From contig NC_002937.3 of the NCBI RefSeq assembly GCF_000195755.1, positions 2,850,001-2,882,000 of the forward strand: a stretch of DNA of 32,000 nucleotides. Reading direction: 5' to 3'. Positions 24,363 to 31,701 of this stretch are shown piece after piece. Position 1 is the stretch's first letter; every line of letters begins with the position of its first letter. This DNA comes from Nitratidesulfovibrio vulgaris str. Hildenborough (GTDB taxonomy: Bacteria; Desulfobacterota; Desulfovibrionia; Desulfovibrionales; Desulfovibrionaceae). The translations under genes were made by a program, and so were the position numbers. Below the pieces are notes generated by a model, which worked only from the letters and a program-made list of their open reading frames with translations, was not told the DNA's origin and ran no database searches.

Positions 24363-24599
24363 ATGGACGGCAAGACCATCGACCTGCGTGACAAGTGTTG
24401 AGGCGTCGGCCTGGAGGTACGGTGGTACCTCATGTATGACGGGACCTCGCCGCTGACCTTCATGCTGCGCCCCGATACCGTGGGACAGGCGCTGGAGGCC
24501 ACGAGCATCGTTCCCGGCTGGCAGGCGGAGAGCACCGTCACGCCCGAAGGGGCGACCGTACGCTTCACCCGGATGGTCGCAAAGGAGCACACGGCATGA
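24363..24599 (+). CDS. Candidate selenoprotein: TusA/SirA-like sulfur-carrier protein with in-frame TGA (24399-24401) read as Sec; 78 codons
   Basis: GGAGGA lies 4 nt upstream of ATG 24363. Translation: MDGKTIDLRDKC-U-GVGLEVRWYLMYDGTSPLTFMLRPDTVGQALEATSIVPGWQAESTVTPEGATVRFTRMVAKEHTA. G/C at codon position 3 is 10/12 before the TGA and 9/10 in the 10 codons after it. IDLRDKCUG aligns by eye with the TusA LDxxGLxCP motif, with U on the catalytic Cys. The stop overlaps the next gene's ATG (ATGA). Neither part reaches the 60-aa threshold of the ORF track. Confidence 0.55.
24414..24431 (+). other. SECIS-like hairpin (GAGGUAC-GGUG-GUACCUC) 12 nt downstream of the in-frame UGA
   Basis: Perfect 7-bp stem with a 4-nt loop containing GGU. 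Position and loop resemble the minimal E. coli fdhF SECIS (stem-loop about 11 nt after UGA, G-U in the apical loop). The 5' arm also contains a GGAGG-like sequence. Confidence 0.5.
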
Positions 24600-25210
24600 C
24601 GCCTGTCGCACACCCCGCCCGCGCCCTCGCGTGCAGCCCGCGCGGAGGCGGCAACACCGATACGGCCACGGCCCTGTTCGCACAGGGCTTCACCGATGCC
24701 GGCGGGCGCATCGAGGTGGCGCATCTGCGTACCTACCACGTCGCCCCCTGTGTCTCGTGCCAGCACTGCGAGCGTTCCCCAGAAGGTTCATGCCCTCTCT
24801 CGCCTACCGACAACAGCACACCGCTGTTCGACATGCTGCTCACGGCTCCGACACTGTTCATCGCCTCGCCCATCTACTTCTACCATCTTCCGGCGCAACT
24901 GAAGGCGTTCATCGACCGGGGGCAGAGTCACTGGATACGCCGCGCGCGGGGTGACAGCACCCTCGAGTCGCTGCCGCGCCGCACGGCGTGGGTGACGCTG
25001 GTGGCAGGGCGCAAACAGGGCGAAAGACTCTTCGAAGGCAGTCTCATCACGTTGCGCTACTTCCTGCGCATCTTCAACTTCGACCTCGCCCCGCCGCTGA
25101 CGCTGCTGGGATGTGACGACGCGGCATCTCTGGGCGGCAACACCGACCTCGCAGCCCGAGTGCACGCCTACGGGGCACAGGCAGCGCGCCACTGCCCCCC
25201 TGCATCGTGA
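24596..25210 (+). CDS. Iron-sulfur flavoprotein / NADPH-dependent FMN reductase family (Isf-like)
   Basis: ALACSPRGGGNTD is a flavodoxin-like FMN loop. The compact Cys cluster CVSCQHCERSPEGSC (CxxCxxCx7C) resembles archaeal/bacterial Isf. LFIASPIYFYHLPAQLKAFIDR is also present. AAGGAG lies 8 nt upstream of the ATG. Confidence 0.8.
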   Translation: MTPVAHPARALACSPRGGGNTDTATALFAQGFTDAGGRIEVAHLRTYHVAPCVSCQHCERSPEGSCPLSPTDNSTPLFDMLLTAPTLFIASPIYFYHLPAQLKAFIDRGQSHWIRRARGDSTLESLPRRTAWVTLVAGRKQGERLFEGSLITLRYFLRIFNFDLAPPLTLLGCDDAASLGGNTDLAARVHAYGAQAARHCPPAS

Positions 25211-25301
25211 AACCGGCACGATGTTGCCGCAAGGCAGCCCCCCGCACCGGGATGCGCCCACTTCTGCCTTGTAGGGCCTCGCACACCGGGGCCTGTCACT
25301 G

Positions 25302-26198
25302 ATGGCCCCCATCCGGTACATGGCGACTCTGCGGGCCCATGTCCGCATGTGGCTGCACAGACTGCGCCTTGACGAACGCCGTTGCGCGATGTGCCTCGCC
25401 CCGTTCGCCCCCGACATCCCCCCTCTTCCCCCCTCATTCCCGGATAACGCCCCGTGGCGACCCGGTCGGCATGACGGACACGAACCATCAACGCCACCAC
25501 ACGGGCAGGGCGATGCCCCTGGCGGGCAGGATGCCGCACCCGTACGCGCCGCGCCGCCCTCACCCTCGCAACTCTGTCCGCACTGCCTCGCCATGATGCC
25601 TCGCAGAATGGCCGGATTCTGCCCGTACTGCGGCGACCTCTTCCCGGCGCACCACGCGCCCTGCACCCCCTGCGCCCACTGCCTCCGTGAAACTCCGCCG
25701 TGGCGGCACCTGTGCTTCTACGGAAGCTACGAACATGCTTTGCGCCAATTGCTTCTGCAGGCGAAGTTCCATAGCGACCCCACCGCCGCCCATATCGCCG
25801 GTGAACTTCTCGCCAGCGTCTGCGCCGACCTGCCACATCCCGACGCCATCGTGCCCGTACCGTTGCATACGGCGCGACTGCGCGACCGGGGTTTCAACCA
25901 GTGTGTCGAGGTGGCGCGTCCCATCTCACGCATCCTGCAAGCCCCCTTGCGCCCCGACCTTCTCGCCCGCACCCGCCATACCCCTCCACAGACCGGACTG
26001 CATCGCAAGGAAAGGCTGCGCAACCTGCGCGAAGCCTTCGCCGCCTCTCCGTGCTGCGCGGGGCTGCACCTCCTGCTTGTGGACGACACCATGACCACCG
26101 GCACCACTCTCGCCCATGCAGCGCGGCACCTTCTGGCCGCCGGGGCCGCCAGTGTGGATGTGGCCGTTGTGGCACGCACACCCAGACATTTCGGGTAG
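25302..26198 (+). CDS. ComF/GntX-family phosphoribosyltransferase-domain protein
   Basis: N-terminal CxxC pairs (CAMC, CPHC, CPYC, CTPCAHC) and a C-terminal PRT motif LLLVDDTMTTGTTL, plus VPVPLH. The start could be a later Met. Confidence 0.75.
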   Translation: MAPIRYMATLRAHVRMWLHRLRLDERRCAMCLAPFAPDIPPLPPSFPDNAPWRPGRHDGHEPSTPPHGQGDAPGGQDAAPVRAAPPSPSQLCPHCLAMMPRRMAGFCPYCGDLFPAHHAPCTPCAHCLRETPPWRHLCFYGSYEHALRQLLLQAKFHSDPTAAHIAGELLASVCADLPHPDAIVPVPLHTARLRDRGFNQCVEVARPISRILQAPLRPDLLARTRHTPPQTGLHRKERLRNLREAFAASPCCAGLHLLLVDDTMTTGTTLAHAARHLLAAGAASVDVAVVARTPRHFG

Positions 26199-26537
26199 AC
26201 ACTGCGGCTGACGCGCCCACCGGACGCGGCCTGCGCCTGCTACGCCCCGCGTGGCCAAGGAATGCGTGGTGCCATGCCGCCTTGGCAGTGTTTTCCCCGC
26301 ACTGCGAAGGACGACTTGACTCCTGTGCAGAGGCAACGGGCTTGCCTTAGCCTTGAACGGCAGGCGGGCCGCGGTGCAGGGTGGCGGTCTGCCCGCAAGC
26401 CACGCCTCTGTATGCATGGCCATGCGTGCACACCGGATTGTCCTCCCGCAGCCGCACGCGGGAGACCAGGCCACACCCCGCCGATGACCGGAGGCCTTGT
26501 GCGCGACAGGGTTGACCGCGCGAACAGGGCAAAAGAA

Positions 26538-26564
26538 GTGACACGCCTTGGCGTTTCGTGTAAC
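26538..26564. promoter_or_regulatory. Inverted repeat GTGACAC-N13-GTGTAAC in the leader of the DUF4198 (Ni/Co-binding type) gene; candidate operator
   Basis: Read directly, 6 of 7 positions complementary. It lies 57 nt upstream of ATG 26621. Related half-sites GTGTTTC (26582-26588) and TGTCAC (26592-26597) follow. Confidence 0.35.
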
Positions 26565-26620
26565 GAAGCAACATCTTTTAGGTGTTTCATATGTCACTTC
26601 GCCAAACAGAAGGAGTCATC

Positions 26621-27403
26621 ATGAGAATCTCGCGCCTTTTCGCCGCCCTCCTCGTACTGGGCATGGCGTCCCCCGCTTTCGCCCATTTCGGCATGGTCAT
26701 CCCCGACGCCCCGGTCGCCACGCAGGCCAAGAAGACACTCGGCCTCAACATATCCTTCTCGCATCCGTTCGAGGGCAAGGGCATGGACATGGCCCGCCCG
26801 CAGGCGTTCAGCGTCATCCGCATGGATGACGGCAAGGCCGAACGCACCGAACTGCTGGCCGCGTTGCAAGAGACCAAGGTCATGGGCAAGGCCGCATGGA
26901 AGACCGACTACAAGGTGGCACGGCCCGGCGTGTACCAGTTCGTGCTCGACCCCGCACCCTACTGGGAACCCGAAGAGAACGTCTTCATCCGCCATCTGAC
27001 CAAGGTCGTCGTGCCTGCGTTCGGCGCCGAAGAGGGATGGGACACCCCTGCCGGCCTCAAGTTCGAAATCGTGCCGCTCACCCGCCCCTTCGGCAACTTC
27101 GCGGGCATGACCTTCACCGGGCAGGTGCTTCTTGAAGGCAAGCCCGCCGCCGGGGTCGTGGTCGAAGCCGAACTCTACAACAAGGGCAAGTTCACGCCTC
27201 CCACGGAATACAACGTCACCCAGAGCGTGAAGACCGACGCCAACGGCGTGTTCTCGTTCACCTGCCCGCAGCCCGGCTGGTGGGGCTTTGCCGCGCTGAC
27301 CACCGACAAGGACACCCTCAAGGGGCCCGATGGCGCGGACAAGGAGATAGAACTGGGCGCAGTGCTGTGGACGCACTTCGACGCATGGAAACAGGGCAAG
27401 TAG
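26621..27403 (+). CDS. Secreted DUF4198-family protein (COG5266-type periplasmic Ni/Co-binding component)
   Basis: AAGGAG lies 5 nt upstream of ATG 26621. Signal peptide MRISRLFAALLVLGMASPAFA followed by HFGMVIP (N-terminal His after cleavage, typical of this family). Beta-rich sequence with GKPAAGVVVEAELYN ... DANGVFSF, a transthyretin-like motif. Confidence 0.75.
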   Translation: MRISRLFAALLVLGMASPAFAHFGMVIPDAPVATQAKKTLGLNISFSHPFEGKGMDMARPQAFSVIRMDDGKAERTELLAALQETKVMGKAAWKTDYKVARPGVYQFVLDPAPYWEPEENVFIRHLTKVVVPAFGAEEGWDTPAGLKFEIVPLTRPFGNFAGMTFTGQVLLEGKPAAGVVVEAELYNKGKFTPPTEYNVTQSVKTDANGVFSFTCPQPGWWGFAALTTDKDTLKGPDGADKEIELGAVLWTHFDAWKQGK

Positions 27404-27415
27404 CCATCTGTATGC

Positions 27416-27444
27416 AAGGACCCCGGAATCTCACCGGGGGCCTT
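27416..27444 (+). terminator. Hairpin AAGGACCCCGG-aatctca-CCGGGGGCCTT after the DUF4198 gene (no U-tract)
   Basis: 11-bp stem with one mismatch, 13 nt after the stop codon. Possible terminator or attenuator before the response-regulator gene. Confidence 0.35.
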
Positions 27445-27512
27445 CGAAAAAGGTTGGCAGAACGCATCGGAGCACTTATGGTAGGACTGGTACCCATACG
27501 AATGGAGGCTCC

Positions 27513-27911
27513 ATGCGTTTTTTGATCGTCGAAGACGACTTCACCAGCCGCAAGTTCCTGCAGAACATGCTTGCACCTTTCGGGGAGTGCGACATAGCCG
27601 TGAACGGCGTCGAAGCCGTCGAAGCGTTCAAGACCGCGCTCGACTCCAGTGTACCCTATGACCTTGTCTGTCTTGACATCATGATGCCCGAGATGGACGG
27701 ACACGAAGCGTTGCGGGCCATGCGTTCCATCGAACGCGAAAGAGACGTCGCCCCGGCGCAGGAAGTGCCCGTGGTCATGACCACGGCACTCGACGACCCC
27801 AAAAACGTGGTGGAAGCGTATTACAAGGGCGGGGCCACATCGTATGTGCCCAAGCCCATCGACAGGCAGCTGTTCCTGCAACTGTTGCGGAACCTCGGCG
27901 TCCTCCACTGA
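27513..27911 (+). CDS. Single-domain CheY-like response regulator
   Basis: MRFLIVEDDFTSRKFL ... DLVCLDIMMPEMDGHEAL ... VVMTTAL ... YVPKPI carries all receiver-domain hallmarks (DD, phospho-acceptor D, T, K). GGAGG lies 4 nt upstream. Confidence 0.9.
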   Translation: MRFLIVEDDFTSRKFLQNMLAPFGECDIAVNGVEAVEAFKTALDSSVPYDLVCLDIMMPEMDGHEALRAMRSIERERDVAPAQEVPVVMTTALDDPKNVVEAYYKGGATSYVPKPIDRQLFLQLLRNLGVLH

Positions 27912-27952
27912 AGCCCGCGCGGGTGAGCGCTTGCGCGGTAGCCCCACGAGCC

Positions 27953-28888
27953 ATGACACACTTCCGCAAATCCTTCTTCGTTGCCGCGTTCTGTGCGGCA
28001 CTGGTTCTCTGCATGTCCCCCCTCGCCGATGCCAAGCGCATGGGCGGCGGAGGGTCTTTCGGCAGCAGGCCGTCCATGCAGCGCTCGTTCACGCCCACGC
28101 CCCAACAGGCGCCGCAGATGCAGCGCCAGCAGACGCCCACCCAGCAGGGCATCAACCAGCAGAATCCCGGTGCAGCACAGCAACCCGGCATGGCACAGCA
28201 GCCGCGCCGCGGTCTCTTCGGCGGCATGGGCGGCTTCCTCGGCGGCATGCTCGCTGGCGGGCTTCTCGGGTCGCTGTTCTTCGGCGGCGGCTTCGGCGGT
28301 ATGCCGGGCATCCTCGACATGCTGCTTCTGGCCCTCGTGGCCTACGGCATCTTCAAGTTCATCTCCATGCGTCGTCAGGCCGCCAATCCCCAGCCCGCAG
28401 CGGCGGGGTACGGCGCACACACCTCCCCTTCCGACAACGACAACGGATGGGGCACGCTACGCAGCGCCCCGCAGGGCGGCACGACCTATCAGGAACAGGC
28501 CGGGCCTGAAGTCCCCGCCGGGTTCGACATCGAGCAGTTCATCAAGGGTGCCAAGATGGCCTTCACCCGCTTGCAGGCGTCGTGGGACAAGCGCGACCTT
28601 GAAGACATCTCCCAGTTTTCCACCCCTGCGGTGCTGGATGAGATACGCAGGCAGGCCGAAGCCGACCCAGTGCCCTCCACCACGGAGATACTGCTGGTGA
28701 ACGCCAACCTTCTCGGCGTCGTCGAAGAGAACGGCCAGCAGACAGCCACCGTGTTCTTCGACGTCCTGCTGCGCGAAGACCCCAGACAGGATGCCCCCAC
28801 CTCGGTGCGCGAGGTATGGCATTTCGTCAGACCCGTCAAAGGCACGGGCATGTGGCAACTCGACGGCATCCAGCAGGTCGACCAGTAG
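27953..28888 (+). CDS. Tim44-like-domain membrane protein (Gln-rich and Gly-rich linker, one TM, C-terminal Tim44-like domain)
   Basis: Signal/anchor MTHFRKSFFVAAFCAALVLCMSPLADA, a Q-rich stretch, GLFGGMGGFLGGMLAGGLLGSLFFGGGFGG, then FDIEQFIKGAKMAFTRLQASWDKRDLEDISQFSTPAVLDEI ... WHFVRP ... WQLDGIQQ, typical of bacterial Tim44-like proteins. Confidence 0.75.
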   Translation: MTHFRKSFFVAAFCAALVLCMSPLADAKRMGGGGSFGSRPSMQRSFTPTPQQAPQMQRQQTPTQQGINQQNPGAAQQPGMAQQPRRGLFGGMGGFLGGMLAGGLLGSLFFGGGFGGMPGILDMLLLALVAYGIFKFISMRRQAANPQPAAAGYGAHTSPSDNDNGWGTLRSAPQGGTTYQEQAGPEVPAGFDIEQFIKGAKMAFTRLQASWDKRDLEDISQFSTPAVLDEIRRQAEADPVPSTTEILLVNANLLGVVEENGQQTATVFFDVLLREDPRQDAPTSVREVWHFVRPVKGTGMWQLDGIQQVDQ

Positions 28889-28916
28889 CCCAACGCATCT
28901 TCAGCCCGAAACGCAC

Positions 28917-28951
28917 GGGGCCGCGGCAGACGTCGCGGCCCCTCTTCTTTT
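28917..28951 (+). terminator. Rho-independent terminator (GGGGCCGCG-gcagacgt-CGCGGCCCC-TCTTCTTTT)
   Basis: Perfect 9-bp GC stem plus a T-rich tract, 29 nt after the Tim44-like gene stop and between convergent genes. Confidence 0.8.
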
Positions 28952-29147
28952 CCGGGATATTCAGCGTCCTGCGTTCATGCCGCACCACCGTGGCCTGCTG
29001 CGAGACTGGATGGAGAGGCCAGAGGGCTGAACGACGCGGCCTGAGAAAGAGAACGTGCAGCGTGGCAGGACTGTGTGGCGGGACAGTGTACGACCGCAGA
29101 CGGACAACGCAGCCAGACAGGGCAGAAGGGCCACCCGTCCACCGGCA

Positions 29148-30470
29148 TCACCGTACAGGCTGCACGTTGCCGGGGGCAGTCTCCACCTCGTCTTCCTCCG
29201 CGTCTCCCGCATCCTGTGGAAGACCCGAGTCCGTCATGGTCGGCCCACGTTCCCCCCACAGCATCATGCGCAAGGCGGGCAAACTGCGTCCGGTGCGACG
29301 CGAAAGGTCGCACAGGGCGTCGTACTCCGGACGCGAAAAGGTCACACCATCCACCTCGTAGCCTTTGGCGGGCACATCTTCATCTCCCACTTCCACCAGC
29401 GACGCCCCACGCGCAGCCACCACCCTTTCGAGCAGTTGCCGGCGTATGCCGAGCGTATGCGTATGCTCGAAGATGGCGGCTTCGACACCTGACCGGGCAC
29501 GGGGTTCACACAGCACACGCAGCACACCGCCGGGGCGATTCTTCTTCATGACACCGGGCAGCCACAGGACATCCAGCGCGCCAGCCTGCGGCAACACATC
29601 GAAACACCGCCCCAACTCCTCGCCAGTGAGATGGTCGAGGTGCGTCTCCAGCTGCACGACGGTCTCGACCCTGTACCCCTTCTGTGCAGCCCCGGTCGTC
29701 GTGACGTCACCAGCGGTGGGGTTGCCGTGTCCAGTCCCGTACCGCCCCTGACCAGACAGGGCACACGGGGCGGCTTCATGCAGGAAGAGGCGCAACCCGC
29801 CCCCCGAAGGACGACTGCCGTATCCGGTGGCACTGGCACGGACGATGCCCGACGGCCCCTCATCGAAACGGTCGGCAAGTGCCGTGGCGACAAGTGCCCC
29901 GGTGGGGGTCACCAATTCCTCGCGGGCGGCAGTGGGAAACACGGGCACCCCCTCCAGCAGTCGCACCACGGCGGGCGCAGGCAGGGGCAGCGTGCCGTGC
30001 GCACAGACGACGACACCTGAAAACCACGGCAAGGCAGAGCACACGACCTCGTCCACGCCGAGTCGTTCCAGTGCCCAGAAGGCCCCCACCACGTCGACCA
30101 GCGTGTCGATGGCACCCACTTCATGAAAATGGACGTCCTCGGGCCGGACACCGTGCACCGCCGCCTCGACCTCGGCAAGGCGCGTGAAAGCACGCCATGC
30201 GCGTTGGCGCACGGTCCCGGTGCAGGCAAGCCCATCAAGCACTGCCGCCATGTCCGGCAGCGTCCTTAGCGGCTGAGGGTCATCCCACTCCACCGAGAGC
30301 GTGTGACCGGTCAGCCCGTGCCGCGTCACCGGAATCGCACGTATGCGACAGTCGACGCCCGCAGCGACGAAGAGTGCCTGCAACGGCTGCATGTCGACGC
30401 CCAATCCGGCGAACGCGGCAAGCACCATGTCTCCGGCGATACCTGCCCTGCAATCCATGAATAGCCGCAT
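29148..30470 (-). CDS. larC: LarC-family nickel insertion protein (DUF111; pyridinium-3,5-bisthiocarboxylic acid mononucleotide nickel chelatase type)
   Basis: MRLFMDCRAGIAGDMVLAAF ... HFHEVGAIDTLVDVVG ... ELVTPTGA ... PGVMKKNRPG are LarC/DUF111 hallmarks. AAGGAG lies 5 nt upstream of ATG 30470. The track start 30749 overlaps the upstream gene. Confidence 0.85.
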   Translation of the reverse strand: MRLFMDCRAGIAGDMVLAAFAGLGVDMQPLQALFVAAGVDCRIRAIPVTRHGLTGHTLSVEWDDPQPLRTLPDMAAVLDGLACTGTVRQRAWRAFTRLAEVEAAVHGVRPEDVHFHEVGAIDTLVDVVGAFWALERLGVDEVVCSALPWFSGVVVCAHGTLPLPAPAVVRLLEGVPVFPTAAREELVTPTGALVATALADRFDEGPSGIVRASATGYGSRPSGGGLRLFLHEAAPCALSGQGRYGTGHGNPTAGDVTTTGAAQKGYRVETVVQLETHLDHLTGEELGRCFDVLPQAGALDVLWLPGVMKKNRPGGVLRVLCEPRARSGVEAAIFEHTHTLGIRRQLLERVVAARGASLVEVGDEDVPAKGYEVDGVTFSRPEYDALCDLSRRTGRSLPALRMMLWGERGPTMTDSGLPQDAGDAEEDEVETAPGNVQPVR

Positions 30471-30708
30471 CCCTGCTCCTTTTGCTGCCCTGTCCGCACA
30501 CGACGGCCGAGGCTCGTCATGCCAGCCATGGCTGGCGACACGCCCGACTATATACCCGCGGCCACGCCATCCACCGTGTCGCAGAAGCCATCCGATACGG
30601 TCACAGTCGCCGAAGACGGGATGGGGTCCAAGCACACGTGGGGTGTGCCCGCATCGCCGCCCGCATCGCCGCCAACGCCATGGACCATTGCCTGTCAGTG
30701 CGTTGCGG

Positions 30709-31575
30709 CTAGTAGACCTTGCGCCGCGAGAACCCCGACCCGAGGACATTGAAGGTGTTCTCGATGATCATGAAGGCGTTGGGGTCGGCGTTGAACACCA
30801 GTTCTTCCAGCCGCTTGAGCTGTATGTTGGGCACCACGATGAGTGCGACCCTCTTGCTGCGCCCCGTGAACGCCCCCTGCCCTTCAAGAAGGGTCACCCC
30901 CCGGTGCAGGTGTTCAAGCACGTCATGTGCGATGCAGTCGACACAATCGGAGATGATGAACACGAGTTTGCGCTGGTTGAAGAGCGAGTGCACATAGTCC
31001 ATGACCGTCGAATAGGTGTACACCATGATGACGGAATACAGGACGACATCGGTCTCCATGGTGGCAAGGCCTATCATGAACAGCAGGAAGTTGTAGGCGA
31101 AGCTGAACTGTCCGACCCTGATGTTCCAGCGCTGGTGCAGGACGATGGATATGATCGTGAGCCCGCCCTCACTCCCCAGTGACCGCAGTACGATGCCAAG
31201 TCCGGCACCGCACACCGTGCCCGCCGCCACCGCGGCGAGCAAAGGGTCGTGGATGCTCGACTGGAAGGTGATGAACTGCGCCGCCAGTGTGGTCACCGCT
31301 GTTCCGTAGAGGCTGTAGAAAAAGAAGCGACGGCTGACGCACAACCAGCCGACCACGAATATGGGCAGGTTCAGCAGCACATACCAGACGGCAGGCGTGA
31401 AGAGCCCCGTGGCGTAGTAGATATAGAGACCGGTACCGAACACACCTCCGGAGATGAACGCATGGGGCATGGCGATGGACTTGAGTCCCAGCGAGAAGAG
31501 CACCCCGCCCACCGTTAGCAGGAACAGGTTCCACGGCACTGTCATGGTCACGTCGCGCATCCGTCGCGCAAGCAT
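30709..31575 (-). CDS. YitT-family membrane protein with C-terminal DUF2179 domain
   Basis: Five to six TM helices (NLFLLTVGGVLFSLGLKSIAMPHAFISGGVFG ...) followed by a soluble C-terminus HRGVTLLEGQGAFTG ... VVPNIQLKRLEELV ... AFMII. GGAGGG SD. Confidence 0.8.
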   Translation of the reverse strand: MLARRMRDVTMTVPWNLFLLTVGGVLFSLGLKSIAMPHAFISGGVFGTGLYIYYATGLFTPAVWYVLLNLPIFVVGWLCVSRRFFFYSLYGTAVTTLAAQFITFQSSIHDPLLAAVAAGTVCGAGLGIVLRSLGSEGGLTIISIVLHQRWNIRVGQFSFAYNFLLFMIGLATMETDVVLYSVIMVYTYSTVMDYVHSLFNQRKLVFIISDCVDCIAHDVLEHLHRGVTLLEGQGAFTGRSKRVALIVVPNIQLKRLEELVFNADPNAFMIIENTFNVLGSGFSRRKVY

Positions 31576-31612
31576 ATTCCCTCCCTCGCACGGGGAGCCC
31601 GCATCGGGGCTG

Positions 31613-31642
31613 TTGTGCGATTCTCTGAATCAGGTATAGAAT
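31613..31642 (+). promoter_or_regulatory. Candidate promoter for the CBS-domain gene (TTGTGC - 18 nt - TAGAAT)
   Basis: Pattern match only, in the 126-bp divergent spacer. Confidence 0.25.
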
Positions 31643-31701
31643 GGTTCCAGCAGGATAACCGTAACCGTCCCGTGCGCCAAGACCGCCGCAAGGAGGCCAC
31701 C

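Noticed and set aside
24432-24599. Reading the 55-codon ORF as an independent small gene and the 12-codon ORF as a leader peptide with an SD-sequestering hairpin
   Set aside because: Not fully excluded, but I consider it less likely. The two ORFs are in the same frame, G/C at codon position 3 stays high in the 10 codons between the TGA and ATG 24432, and only the read-through product contains the TusA-like active-site motif. ATG 24432 has no SD at normal spacing, and the GGAGG-like sequence upstream of it sits inside the hairpin's 5' arm.
26258-26472. Cobalamin-riboswitch-like fragments upstream of the DUF4198 gene: AAGGAAtgcGTGGTG, CCCCGCACTG (26295-26304), GGGAGACCAGGCC (26460-26472, B12-box-like)
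   Set aside because: The pieces resemble conserved B12-element strings, but the spacing is too long. The first piece is locked in a simple GCCAAGG/CCTTGGC hairpin (26254-26260 / 26280-26286) rather than the canonical junction, and I cannot build the expected helices by eye. Short GC-rich matches are expected by chance here. cmsearch with the Rfam cobalamin model would settle it.
26538-26609. Calling the inverted repeats a NikR operator
   Set aside because: Half-site sequence and N13 spacing resemble the delta-proteobacterial NikR consensus as I remember it, but the halves are in the opposite order in the best pair. The second candidate (GTGTTTC-N14-CAAACAG) is weak. I kept it only as an unassigned operator candidate.
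23490-27376. Antisense ORFs 23490-24683 (-), 24788-25666 (-), 25926-26597 (-), 26594-27376 (-)
   Set aside because: Same reasoning: they lie opposite the MBL, Isf, ComF and DUF4198 genes and have no motifs.
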